A DNA stretch of 64,000 bases from an uncultured delta proteobacterium (GTDB lineage Bacteria; Desulfobacterota; Binatia; Binatales; Binataceae): assembly GCA_963765675.1 (NCBI GenBank), contig CAVXXK010000001.1:640001-704000 (forward strand), read 5' to 3'. Below, in pieces: positions 30,806 to 40,538 of this stretch (positions are counted from its first letter, which is position 1; the number at the start of each line of letters is the position of its first letter). Position numbers and translations under genes: made by a program. The notes under the pieces are model-generated. The model searched no databases. It saw only the letters and a list, made by a program, of their open reading frames with translations, and was not told the origin of the DNA.

Positions 30806-31507
30806 CTACGGCTTGACCACCTCGCCGCGATGGTTCTTGTACATGCGATCGCGCCAGGCGAATACCTCGGCGAAGGTCGGATCTTCGCCGACCTTGTCCA
30901 GGTAAACCATCCGCACTGGCGGCTGAAAGACGAAAAACTCCTGCGGAGGCGCCTTGAAAAGCATCAACATCGCCGCGGTGGTTATGTCGGCGCGAGTGAA
31001 TGCATCACCGACCAGGTATTCGCGCCCGCTCAGGGTCTCCTTAAGACTCGTCAGAATCCTGGCGACTGTGAGCCTGCTCTGTTCTTCCTCGAATGGTGAG
31101 TATCCATACTTTTCCGCGAAGTACTTTCCACTTTTTTGTGCTTCGGGGTCATTGATGCGGAGCAGGCGCCCGGTGATCATCACGCGGCCATGAGGCCCCA
31201 GCGCGTTAAGCGCGACTTCTTCCCATAGCGTCGCCGTCGCACGCTCTTTCGCGGATTTGGGCAACAGCGCCGGCTCCGGTCGCGTTTCCTCAAGCCAGTC
31301 CAAAATCGCGCTCGAATCCGGAATCACCTTATCATCGATGATCAAGACCGGTACCAGGGTTTGCCCGGTCAGTTTCTTTATTTTCTCTTCATCGACGCGT
31401 GGCTCGTAGTTTTCCTTCTCGTACGCCAGGCCTTTGAACTTCAACGCCCAACGGACGCGCTCGGACCAGGGCGACAAGTACATTGTGATCAACTTTGGTG
31501 TGCTCAT
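30806..31507 (-). CDS. Glutathione S-transferase family protein
   Basis: SPWSERVRWAL, GQTLVPVL, DSSAILDWL, FTRADI. Confidence 0.88.
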   Translation of the reverse strand: MSTPKLITMYLSPWSERVRWALKFKGLAYEKENYEPRVDEEKIKKLTGQTLVPVLIIDDKVIPDSSAILDWLEETRPEPALLPKSAKERATATLWEEVALNALGPHGRVMITGRLLRINDPEAQKSGKYFAEKYGYSPFEEEQSRLTVARILTSLKETLSGREYLVGDAFTRADITTAAMLMLFKAPPQEFFVFQPPVRMVYLDKVGEDPTFAEVFAWRDRMYKNHRGEVVKP

Positions 31508-31695
31508 GAACAGTTTCCTTTGAGCTTGGTCAGCAATGAAACTTTGCCCTGTTACTGGAGAGCATCTCGCTACGTCCCGGACAGCAGTACCAACAGGCGG
31601 AGCGATTTCAGCGCTTCGGAGCAGCCCTTCGCAAGTGCGGAAGATTGGGAGCACCCGCGAGCGGGGGGTGGCGCACGCAGATGCTCCCACGCGAA

Positions 31696-32241
31696 TCACT
31701 TCACATCCACTTCCATCCGCATCCAGGGATGGATGCAGCATTGGAACAGATGCTTTCCCTTCGACAGGCCAGTTATATCGAGATGGCTGCCTTGAAGAAT
31801 TCGGGTCCTGGCCACCGCGACCTTGGAAAAGCCGCCGGCGCACTCCGGAACAACGCTCGTAGCGCTGCCCGGGTTGAGCGGCGGCAGGAATCCGTTACCG
31901 AACGCTTTCACCTCTGTGAAGGTGTGCGGCTCACCGCCTTGATTCACGGCGGAAAGGACTTCTTGCTGGTTGATCGTCAACTGGTCGGGTTCGAAGTCCC
32001 AACCCGGATCGGGCGTTCCGGCCTCCGCTCCTGCAAGTAGGTCAGACAAGGTTGTGAACGCTCCGAGCGTGACGTTCTTGCAGAAGTCGGGGCCCGCGAA
32101 CGCGTTGAAAGTAGTCGGATCGCATTCGTCCAATGCCACGACCTGAGCGAGGCCCGTTGGCGGGCCCCCCGCAATCGTCTCGGTTGCCCCAGCCATGGTC
32201 ATGCAACCGGCCAGCAGAATCAGCGTCGCTAACTTTTTCAT
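31696..32241 (-). CDS. Secreted cupredoxin-like protein
   Basis: Signal peptide; NQGGEPHTFT and C-terminal CCIHPWM giving type-1 Cu ligands H, C, H, M. Confidence 0.75.
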   Translation of the reverse strand: MKKLATLILLAGCMTMAGATETIAGGPPTGLAQVVALDECDPTTFNAFAGPDFCKNVTLGAFTTLSDLLAGAEAGTPDPGWDFEPDQLTINQQEVLSAVNQGGEPHTFTEVKAFGNGFLPPLNPGSATSVVPECAGGFSKVAVARTRILQGSHLDITGLSKGKHLFQCCIHPWMRMEVDVK

Positions 32242-32312
32242 TGCTGTTCCTCCTCTCGATGTTTCCTGGGCTCATCATCAGGCAGCCTTAGATGTCCGCC
32301 AATGGACCACGG

Positions 32313-32341
32313 CTGAACTTCTCCTGAACTCTGTCTGAACT
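32313..32341. promoter_or_regulatory. Three CTGAACT heptamer direct repeats at 11-bp period (probable wHTH operator)
   Basis: CTGAACT-tctc-CTGAACT-ctgt-CTGAACT between the divergent cupredoxin and regulator genes. Confidence 0.65.
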
Positions 32342-32403
32342 GTTGTGAAGAGACGGCGCTATGCGCTCGGTTGCGACGGAAGTAGAATCCGCGATCGGAA
32401 CAA

Positions 32404-35349
32404 ATGTCCGAAGGTCTGATAAATTTTGGCGATTTTGTGCTGAACCGCGGCGCTTATGAACTGCGCCGAGGCGATGAGGTCGTTCCTCTCCAGCGTATTC
32501 CGCTCGAATTGCTATGTCTGTTGGTAGAGCGCCGGGGACAGGTGGTTACGCGTGAGGAGATTCTCGAGCGCGTCTGGGGCAAGGGCGTGTTCGTCGATGG
32601 CGAAAACAGCATAAACACTGCGGTGAGAAAACTTCGACAGGCCTTGTGTGACAATCCCGAAGCGCCGCGCTTCGTGGCTACCGTACCGGCCAGAGGTTAT
32701 AGGTTCGTCGCAGAGATTCGTTCACCGAAGGTGCCTGGGGCGGTGAGATCTCGATACCGGCCGCCAGGTGTGATGGTGGGACGCGAGCGCGAGCTGGCCA
32801 CGATACTGAGCGAACTCGACGACGCGGCCTCCGGGCGCGGGCGCTTGGTCCTGATTTCCGGCGAACCTGGCGTCGGCAAGACGCGGCTCACAGATGAGGT
32901 TGCGCAGGCGGCTGGCGCAAGGCGAATGGCGATTATGGTCGGGCATTGCTCCGAGCACGACGAGGCCGTCGCCTATCTGCCGTTCGTGGAAATCCTCGAG
33001 AACTTCGTCAATCGGACGCCGGATCTGGAGCTTCTGCGCGCGACGCTCGGCGACGAGGGGCGGGAACTGGCGCGCTTGTTGCCCAAGCTCAAGAGCATCC
33101 TGCCCGACCTCCCTCCGCCGCTCGATTTGCCGCCCGCCCAGGCGCGGCGTCATCTGTTCAATTGCTTTTTCGATTTCGCCGCGCGGATCGCGGCGCGGCA
33201 GCCGACGCTGATGATCCTCGAGGACCTTCATTGGGCCGACGATTCGACCTTATCGCTGCTCGATCACCTGACAGAGCGGCTTTCCGATCTGCCCCTGATG
33301 GTCATCGGCACCTACCGCACCGCGGAGCTCAATATCACTCGGGCGTTGGCAAAAACGCTGGAAGATCTTGCCCGCAGCCGACTCGCAACTCTGGTCAGCC
33401 TCAAAGGCCTGCCACGCGCCGAAGTGGCCGCGATGCTTGCGAGCCTGAGCGGGAAATCGCCGCCGGCCGCCGTAGTGAGCGCGATTCATTCCGAGACTGG
33501 CGGCAATCCATTCTTCGTCGAGGAACTGTTCCGCCATCTCGAAGAAGAAGATCGCTTGTACGACTCGTCGGGACAGTTTCTCGCCGAGCTCGAGATTGGC
33601 GAGCTGGAGGCGCCTCCGAGCGTTCGGTTAGTGGTCGCGCGCCGGCTGGCGCGCCTTAGCGGCCCGACCCAGAAGATGCTCGCGGCCGCCGCGACGATCG
33701 GGCTTTTTTTCAGCTTCGAGCTGCTTCAGGCCTTGAGCGCGGCCGGTTGCGACTCGCTTCTGGATTGTATCGACGAAGCGGAACGTGCCGGGCTGGTCCT
33801 CTCGGTCGCGGACCGTCCCAAAGCCCGGTTCAAGTTCTCTCACGAACTTATTCGGCAAGCTGTGATCGGCGGTTTGTCGGCGGCGCGGCGCCAGAAGCTT
33901 CATCTCGAGCTGGCCGGCGCGATCGAGCAGACCTATTCGAATGAACCGATGGGCGCGGATAGGATCGACGACCACCTGGCTGAACTTGCTTACCATTACG
34001 CGCGCGGCGGCGATCCAGCCAAGGCGGCGAAGTACGCGTTGAAAGCGGTCAGGAGATTCGCTCACATAGGCTCCAATGCTGAAGCGCTGGCGCAATACGA
34101 AGCCGGGCTTGATCTGCTGCGACATCTCCCCGACGACGACCGTCGCGCAGAGGCCGAGTTGGATTTGAGGAACGCAGCCTTCACGCCGCTGGGCGACAGC
34201 AAGGGATACGCCTCGCCCGAAGCCGAGCGGTCGTACCTCCGGGCAGTCGAGCTTTGTCAGCGGCCAGGGATCAAATGGGAAAAGGCCTGGTGGGCGCTCT
34301 GGCCGATTTTTTTCGTTCAACAACTCCGCCCCGACGTGCGCAAAGCGGAAGCGATCGCCGCCGAGCTGGTCGCACGAGCCGAGGAACACGGAGACCCCGG
34401 ATATCTGGCGGAAGCCGAGAACTGGGTGGCGTATGCCAGGATGGTTTCAGGCGACTTCGAGCACGCAGCCCTTGGCTTCGATCGGGCGTGGGCGCGGATG
34501 GAGTCGATGGTCGGCCCGAGGCCTCTGACGCATCAACGTGCGCTGCAAACGCGCGGCCTCCTGATGACCTGGGACTCCGGCGCTCAACAAAACAACCGCA
34601 TTCTCTCAGGATGGAACGCGTGGTTCATGGGCTATCCCGATCGCGCGCTGGAACGAATAAAGACCGCGACCGCCATCGCGCAATTCGGGACAAAGACGAT
34701 CCTGACTGACATACACGGGTTCGCCTCGTACATTCATGAGCTTCGTCACGAGCCCGAACAAATGAGAGCAAACGCACAGGCAAGACTGGCGCTATCAACC
34801 GAATCGGGCTACTTCACCGGCCGCGCGCTCAGCGAAATTTACCTCGGGTGGGCCGATGCGATCGCGGGCGACCTCGACGGCGGCATCGCGCGAATGAAGC
34901 GTCACATGCTGGAGTTGAAGGCCGTCGGCTCGGAATACATCAGCGACCGTTATTTCTCGTTTATTTCGATCGCGCTGGGCCGGGAGAAGCGGTTCGATGA
35001 GGGTCTTCGCGCGATCGCCGAGTCATTTCAGTTCATCGAGAGAACCGGCCAACGGTACTACGAGGCGGAACTGAATCGGCTCCATGGCGAACTGCTGCTG
35101 GCGCAGGATCCGTCGAATGCCACGGATGCGGAGAGATCGATCCGGACGGCGATTGAGATTTCGCGCGCGCAGCACGCGAAATCCTGGGAGCTGCGCGCGA
35201 CAACCAGCCTTGCGCGCCTTCTGGCGAAGCAGCGCAAGCGCGACAAGGCGCGCAAGATGCTTGCCGAGATTTGCGCCTGGTTCACCGAAGGCTTTGACAC
35301 CGCCGACCTACGGGACGCGAAAGCGCTCCTCGATGAATTGAGGCAATAG
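32404..35349 (+). CDS. OmpR/CadC-type winged-helix + AAA (STAND) ATPase + TPR transcriptional regulator
   Basis: VTREEILERVW...KLRQAL..TVPARGYRF; Walker A GEPGVGKT; Walker B LEDLHWAD; GGNPFF; C-terminal SWELRATTSL..FTEGFDTADL. Confidence 0.92.
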   Translation: MSEGLINFGDFVLNRGAYELRRGDEVVPLQRIPLELLCLLVERRGQVVTREEILERVWGKGVFVDGENSINTAVRKLRQALCDNPEAPRFVATVPARGYRFVAEIRSPKVPGAVRSRYRPPGVMVGRERELATILSELDDAASGRGRLVLISGEPGVGKTRLTDEVAQAAGARRMAIMVGHCSEHDEAVAYLPFVEILENFVNRTPDLELLRATLGDEGRELARLLPKLKSILPDLPPPLDLPPAQARRHLFNCFFDFAARIAARQPTLMILEDLHWADDSTLSLLDHLTERLSDLPLMVIGTYRTAELNITRALAKTLEDLARSRLATLVSLKGLPRAEVAAMLASLSGKSPPAAVVSAIHSETGGNPFFVEELFRHLEEEDRLYDSSGQFLAELEIGELEAPPSVRLVVARRLARLSGPTQKMLAAAATIGLFFSFELLQALSAAGCDSLLDCIDEAERAGLVLSVADRPKARFKFSHELIRQAVIGGLSAARRQKLHLELAGAIEQTYSNEPMGADRIDDHLAELAYHYARGGDPAKAAKYALKAVRRFAHIGSNAEALAQYEAGLDLLRHLPDDDRRAEAELDLRNAAFTPLGDSKGYASPEAERSYLRAVELCQRPGIKWEKAWWALWPIFFVQQLRPDVRKAEAIAAELVARAEEHGDPGYLAEAENWVAYARMVSGDFEHAALGFDRAWARMESMVGPRPLTHQRALQTRGLLMTWDSGAQQNNRILSGWNAWFMGYPDRALERIKTATAIAQFGTKTILTDIHGFASYIHELRHEPEQMRANAQARLALSTESGYFTGRALSEIYLGWADAIAGDLDGGIARMKRHMLELKAVGSEYISDRYFSFISIALGREKRFDEGLRAIAESFQFIERTGQRYYEAELNRLHGELLLAQDPSNATDAERSIRTAIEISRAQHAKSWELRATTSLARLLAKQRKRDKARKMLAEICAWFTEGFDTADLRDAKALLDELRQ

Positions 35350-35557
35350 CCACAGTTGAACTGGTATCTAACAGTGGAGACCTCAGTTGAAAAGTGTTGC
35401 GGGGATTGTAGCGAGTTTATTTTTGTGCTGATCGCGGCGGGTTGCACCGGTTCGGCGTCGGGACAGCCGGACGCGTCGATAAACGACCGCTGCGTCCGTC
35501 ATTCTTCCAGGAAAATGCGCGGGGCGATGAATATCGTAGTCTCAGCCGGCAGTTGCG

Positions 35558-36295
35558 CTACCCCCATTGCTTGGGCACTGCTTGCGCGCGCTGATGAGTC
35601 AGCAGCTTGGAGCGGCGCTCCCGCTCCTCGGGCGTAATCGTCGCAGGATCTTCGCGATACTCGGGGCCTGCAGCCATCGCCTTTTTTACCGCCGGCCGCT
35701 CACCAATCTCGTCAAGCCAGCGCTTGACGTTGGGAAATTCGCCCAAATCGAGATTTCGGCCCTTCCAGGTTGCCGCCCACGGATAGCAAATAATGTCGGC
35801 GATCGTGTACTGGCCGGCCGCCAGGTAGCGTTTCTGATGCAGTCCCAGATTCATCACTCCGTAGATTCGATGGACCTCGTTGTCGAAGCGCAGGAGAGCG
35901 TAAGCCTGATCGCCGATTTTTGGATCCTGACTGGCGCGTCGAAAGTGCCCCTGCTCTCCCATTTTCGGCCCCTGGTTGGCCATCTGCCAATAGACCCATT
36001 GTATGACTTCGTATTTCTGATGCGGTTCCTGCGGCCAGAACTTTCCGCTTTTCTCGGCCAGGTATTCCATGATCGCGCCGGATTCGAAAATGGTGACCGG
36101 CGCGCCGCCGCTCTTCGGCTCGTGGTCGACAATTGCGGGCATCCGGCCGTTGGGCGAGATCTTCAGGAAGTCGGGCGTTAACTGGTCGCCGCGGCCGATA
36201 TTGATCGGCTTGATGTTGTAGGCGATGCCGGCTTCCTCTAGCAGGATTGTAATTTTCTTTCCGTTTGGTGTTGGCCAGAAGTATAGATCGATCAC
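35558..36295 (-). CDS. Glutathione S-transferase, YfcG/YghU-like (disulfide oxidoreductase)
   Basis: WPTPNGKK, SPNGRMPAI, FESGAI, WQMANQGP. Confidence 0.9.
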   Translation of the reverse strand: MIDLYFWPTPNGKKITILLEEAGIAYNIKPINIGRGDQLTPDFLKISPNGRMPAIVDHEPKSGGAPVTIFESGAIMEYLAEKSGKFWPQEPHQKYEVIQWVYWQMANQGPKMGEQGHFRRASQDPKIGDQAYALLRFDNEVHRIYGVMNLGLHQKRYLAAGQYTIADIICYPWAATWKGRNLDLGEFPNVKRWLDEIGERPAVKKAMAAGPEYREDPATITPEERERRSKLLTHQRAQAVPKQWG

Positions 36296-36468
36296 GTTGT
36301 TGCTCCTTTGATGAAAGCTTTCGGCCGGATCGTGCGGCGCTCGGCTGCCCGCTCGAATCAAGCAGACGTCAGCATAGCTCCCGCCTCTGGCGAACGTATC
36401 GAATTTTTTTCGAATCTAAATAGGTCCTTGGAGATGCAGTCGAAATAGCGGCGAGTCAATAAGGAGGC

Positions 36469-36495
36469 CCGTGCCCGGGTTTGACCCGGGCACGG
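36469..36495. terminator. 12-bp perfect hairpin, possible terminator or REP
   Basis: CCGTGCCCGGGT-TTG-ACCCGGGCACGG downstream of the small lipoprotein gene; weak U tract. Confidence 0.45.
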
Positions 36496-36570
36496 ACTAT
36501 CTGGTGAGTCTGAGAAGTCAAGATGCGCGCTGCCACAGCGAAGTCGCGATGCTGACGTGATCGTGCGCGC

Positions 36571-36828
36571 TCAGTAGCCCTTCTCAGGGATCAATGTACT
36601 CTTGTTGCCGGTGCTCTCCGGCCCGTGGCAGGCGGCGACCTTGTCCTCGGTGGTGCTCAGGTTAGCGGCAATCTGAGCGTCGGTCTGTCCGGCCTGTACC
36701 TGCTGTTTCACCACGTCGCAATCAACCGGAACATTCGATGCCGAAAACATCGAACACCCGGACAGACCTGCGGCCAAGACCAGCAGCCCCGATGCGGTTG
36801 AGACCAATAGAGCTCTGCGTATCTGCAT
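36571..36828 (-). CDS. Small lipoprotein of unknown function
   Basis: GGAGG RBS; signal peptide with lipobox LSGC; two further Cys. Confidence 0.75.
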   Translation of the reverse strand: MQIRRALLVSTASGLLVLAAGLSGCSMFSASNVPVDCDVVKQQVQAGQTDAQIAANLSTTEDKVAACHGPESTGNKSTLIPEKGY

Positions 36829-37117
36829 GATTCTCCTCCCGGCTCAGTCAGAAACAGTTTGCGTCTATCCCGGCACTCACAAAGCCAACGGCGCACTCCT
36901 ATCATTTGTCGCGAAACTTAGAAAGTAAGCCTGCCAACCCTTCGGCTTTCGTTGGCGAGTCTTCTCCGGCACCGACTTGCAGGAATGGCCACTGCTGGAC
37001 TAACGTGTGTTAGGGACAGGGCCATAAATCGCCTGGTTCGAGCAGCCACGTAATTCGTCATTCAGTTGAACAAAGACCGATGGGGCATGCGCCGTTGAAG
37101 GGAAGGAGAAGGACGCT

Positions 37118-38521
37118 ATGAGATTTGGCCTCTTCTATGAACATCAGCTTCCACGCCCGTGGGAGGAAAAGAGCGAGCTGCAACTTATCCAGGATGCACT
37201 CGATCAGATCGAACTGGCGGACAAGCTCGGCTTCACCAATGTGTGGGAAGTGGAGCATCACTTTCTGGAAGAGTACTCGCACTCGAGCGCGCCCGAGGTC
37301 TTTTTGGCCGCGGCAAGCCAGCGGACCAAAAATATGCGGCTCGGCCACGGAATCGTGCTGACCGCGCCCGGCTACAATCATCCCGCGCGCATCGCCGAGC
37401 GAATCGCGATGCTCGATCTGGTCTCGAAAGGGCGCGTCGAGTTCGGCTCGGGCGAGTCGGGATCGCTCGCCGAGCTCGGCGGCTTCAATCTCACGCCCGC
37501 TCTGAAACGCGAGATGTGGCGCGAGGGACTCGAGACCGCGCTGCGTTGCATGACCGAGGTCCCGTTCGGCGGGGTCGACGGCAAGTACGTCAAGATGCCG
37601 CCGCGCAACGTCGTGCCGAAGCCGGTGCAGAAACCGCATCCGCCGGTGTGGGTCGCATGCTCGCGCCGCGAGACGATCCTGCTGGCCGCGGAATGTGGCA
37701 TCGGCGCGCTGACGTTCTCATTCATCGATCCGGAAGAGGCAGTGCATTGGGTTGGCGACTACCGCAAGACGCTGGCGGAGAAGTGCGTTCCGATTGGCAG
37801 CGCGGTCAATCCTGAGATCTCGTGCGTCACCCCGATGATGTGCCATCAGAACGAGCGCGAGGCGATCCTGCGCGGGCTCGAGGGCGGCAACTTTTTTGGC
37901 TACTCACTCGGCCACTACTATGTCTTCGGCGATCACAAGCCTGGAGTATCAAACGTATGGGAGGAGTTCACGAATAAGCGGGCCGAGCGCGGATACTCGC
38001 CCGACGTCGCAATCGCGATGCGCCAGCGCCGTTTGAGCGCGCGTCTCGACAACGATCAGGGCGCGCAGCAGGGCTTGCGCGGCGCAGTCGGCACGCCGGA
38101 TCAATTGCGCGAGTACTTCAGGCGCTTCGAGAACGCGGGCGTCGATCAGATGATTTTCGTGATGCAGGCGGGGAAGAACCGCCACGAGCACATCATGGAA
38201 TCGATCGAGCTGTTCGGTACGCAAGTGCTGCCCGAGTTCGCGGAGCGCGACGGCGCTATCCGCGCCAAAAAGATGAAGGAGCTCGAGCCGGTGATCGAGA
38301 TGGCGATGAAGCGCAAGCGCGACGACGCGCCGAAGATGCCCGCGGATTACCTCATCGAGGCGCTCCCGAAGCGGCTCATCCAGCAGGTCGGTGGAAAAGA
38401 GATGCTCGACAAGCTTGAAGGCGACTCGGCAATCGGCATTCCACGGCCGCAGAATCTGCAAGAGCGGCTGCAGCAGGGAATCGTGCCACCGCAGGGGTCG
38501 AACGGAGGCGGAGCGAAGTAG
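37118..38521 (+). CDS. LLM-class (luciferase-like) flavin-dependent oxidoreductase
   Basis: WEVEHHF, ERIAMLD, GRVEFG, PKPVQKPHPP, VGTPD. Confidence 0.92.
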   Translation: MRFGLFYEHQLPRPWEEKSELQLIQDALDQIELADKLGFTNVWEVEHHFLEEYSHSSAPEVFLAAASQRTKNMRLGHGIVLTAPGYNHPARIAERIAMLDLVSKGRVEFGSGESGSLAELGGFNLTPALKREMWREGLETALRCMTEVPFGGVDGKYVKMPPRNVVPKPVQKPHPPVWVACSRRETILLAAECGIGALTFSFIDPEEAVHWVGDYRKTLAEKCVPIGSAVNPEISCVTPMMCHQNEREAILRGLEGGNFFGYSLGHYYVFGDHKPGVSNVWEEFTNKRAERGYSPDVAIAMRQRRLSARLDNDQGAQQGLRGAVGTPDQLREYFRRFENAGVDQMIFVMQAGKNRHEHIMESIELFGTQVLPEFAERDGAIRAKKMKELEPVIEMAMKRKRDDAPKMPADYLIEALPKRLIQQVGGKEMLDKLEGDSAIGIPRPQNLQERLQQGIVPPQGSNGGGAK

Positions 38522-38884
38522 AAGGTCGAAAGGAGATCCGCTTCCATCCATTCCGCGCCCGTGGGTGCTGGCGAGAATACTCTTCGAAGTGGTGAAAACT
38601 CTGAAAGAATTACAGCCTCAAAGACTTCGAGCATTTCAGAAGCCCCTCGACAAAGCATTCAAATACTTCATGGCGCAAATCCGTCGAAAAAACTTCGATC
38701 GGCTGGACATTTCGTACCACTTCTAATTCGGCAGCGTAGGAAATCGACCGGTATTAGAAACTATTCCCGGTTTCACAGGTTTCTGTGGCTATCAACAATT
38801 GGCCAGCAGAAAAACTCTTCGCTGCAGAGCATTTCACACCCGCACGACGCGCACGGATTTTACCGGAAAACGAGATCCTAGTTT

Positions 38885-38900
38885 TGGCACACCCTCTGCT
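38885..38900 (+). promoter_or_regulatory. Putative sigma54 (-24/-12) promoter
   Basis: TGGCACACCCTCTGCT with GG-N10-GC spacing, followed by an AAGGAG RBS and the ATG at 38926. Confidence 0.6.
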
Positions 38901-38925
38901 TCTAAATGCCCAAGGAGTTTTTGAA

Positions 38926-39321
38926 ATGAAGACTTTACGAAGAGTCCTTGGTTATTCGTCATTGGCATTTTCACTGGCGGCCGGCGGCCTTCTCTATGGA
39001 TGCTCTACGTCGAAAGAAGTCGACGTCGTTCCTGCGCCGGCGCCGGCTCCAGTCGTGCAGATGGCTCCGCCCGTTGTCGAAGCTGCACCGCCAGTAGTAG
39101 TTGCAGCTCCAGCTCCGATGGTACAGGTCCCGCCGCCACCTACTGTTGTAGTCCCGTCATCCGATACGAGCCAGACAACCACAACGAGCTGGGGTAATGG
39201 TGTCGTGGAGCAGAACAAGACAAAAACCGTCGATGGTACGACGCAGCGGCAAACTACGACCACCTGGAACAGCGGATATCCTGGGTCTCAGACAACCACG
39301 ACTACTACCACCGGACAATAG
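38926..39321 (+). CDS. Pro/Val- and Thr-rich small lipoprotein
   Basis: Lipobox LYGC; PAPAPAP/PPVV repeats, TTTT runs. Confidence 0.75.
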   Translation: MKTLRRVLGYSSLAFSLAAGGLLYGCSTSKEVDVVPAPAPAPVVQMAPPVVEAAPPVVVAAPAPMVQVPPPPTVVVPSSDTSQTTTTSWGNGVVEQNKTKTVDGTTQRQTTTTWNSGYPGSQTTTTTTTGQ

Positions 39322-39364
39322 AGTAGTTGAGCGATCAGTTGAGTAGTTAGTCCATTGAGCGGAG

Positions 39365-39400
39365 AAGTGTATACGGACCCGGCGTATACACTTTCTCTGT
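39365..39400 (+). terminator. Intrinsic terminator
   Basis: AAGTGTATACG-GACCCGG-CGTATACACTT-TCTCTGT. Confidence 0.6.
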
Positions 39401-39488
39401 GCTCAATCTGTTAACTGACTTTAGTCTCCACGATCGCGACAGAGTGATCAGGCCGGGAAATCTCCCACACTGTTGAGCGCGGTAGAAT

Positions 39489-40210
39489 CTATCGGAGGGC
39501 GCCGTCCGGGTGCGCTTCGCGGACGTTGGCGGGCTTGGTCCCCGATAATACCGCAAAGATCAGATTGCGATACGAGCAGGATACTTCGACAAATCCTGCT
39601 TCGCGCAACCACGCAAGCTGCTGACCCACGGTCGCGGGCATGTCGAGCTTCATTCGCACCAGCGCCGCGTTCAGTCGCGTTCGCCGACTTTGAGTTCGCG
39701 CGCGCGTTTGATCCACATCTGGCGCGCCCGCTCGTCTATTGCGGCGCCTTCGCCGGCCACCTGATCGGCGTTGATAAAAACTCCGCCAGGCATCAGATAC
39801 TTGAAAATATCGGCGAACAGATGCCGCTTGCCAGTATCCGGCAAATGATGAATCGCGAGCGCTGAGACCACGGCGTCATATGGTTTGGAGGGCGCCGCCT
39901 TCGCGAAATCGGCCGTCACAAACTTCACGCGTTTGCCGATCGGCTTCAGCCGCTGGCGCGCGATCGTCAACATTTCAGGCGTTAGATCGAACAGCGTAAG
40001 CCGCGCATTCGGGAAGGCTGCGGCGATCATCGCTGACAGGAGGCCGGTGCCGGCGCCGAGATCCAGCAATTCGAAACGATCGTCGGCGCCAAAGGGCAGG
40101 AGTTCGCACGCCGTGCGGTAGAAATCATCGAAGCACGGAACCAGTTTGCTGCGCGCACGATCGTAGTCGTCCGCGTCAGCCGCAAACGCTTTGCGAACCG
40201 CCTTGGCCAT
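39489..40210 (-). pseudogene. Class I SAM methyltransferase split by a 1-nt frameshift near 39673
   Basis: LDLGAGTG, SALAIHHL...GERD*; the C-terminus LNAALVRMKLD..QLAWLREAGF continues in another frame. Confidence 0.75.
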
Positions 40211-40419
40211 CCCGCGAGTTTAGCCGATTCCGTCCGCTTCAGGCGAGTCGGGCACCGTCCGCAGACGATACGACCAGGAGCCGTCCTCGCCACCGAGGTC
40301 CCCGCGTACGAAATCAGTAATTGCAAGAATTACAACCGCGAAAGATAATTTTTGCGCTTCCAACCCCGGTTTTATCCGCGCCAAAACCCATAAGGTTCGA
40401 GTTTTGCAGCGCTCCACGA

Positions 40420-40435
40420 TGGCATCGTGATTGCT
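40420..40435 (+). promoter_or_regulatory. Putative sigma54 (-24/-12) promoter of the deacetylase-FkbH operon
   Basis: TGGCATCGTGATTGCT, near-perfect match to TGGCACG-N4-TTGCW. Confidence 0.72.
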
Positions 40436-40538
40436 CGGATCAACTGCGGTGATGTGCACAAATTGGGTCTAACAAATTGATCGGTCCGGCACCGTCGATA
40501 GACCCCCTGAGGTTGCCAAACTCATCGCTCGCAGCAGC

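Noticed and set aside
31508-31843. N-terminal extension of the 345-aa GST ORF
   Set aside because: Overlaps the cupredoxin gene; the real start is the ATG at 31507 after an AAGGA RBS
32404-35349. STAND ATPase as an Avs-type antiphage system
   Set aside because: The N-terminal domain is a DNA-binding winged helix, not a nuclease, protease or TIR effector; the architecture is a common regulator and there is no defence-island context
40220-40459. 79-aa minus-strand ORF
   Set aside because: No motifs; overlaps the sigma54 promoter region of the opposite operon
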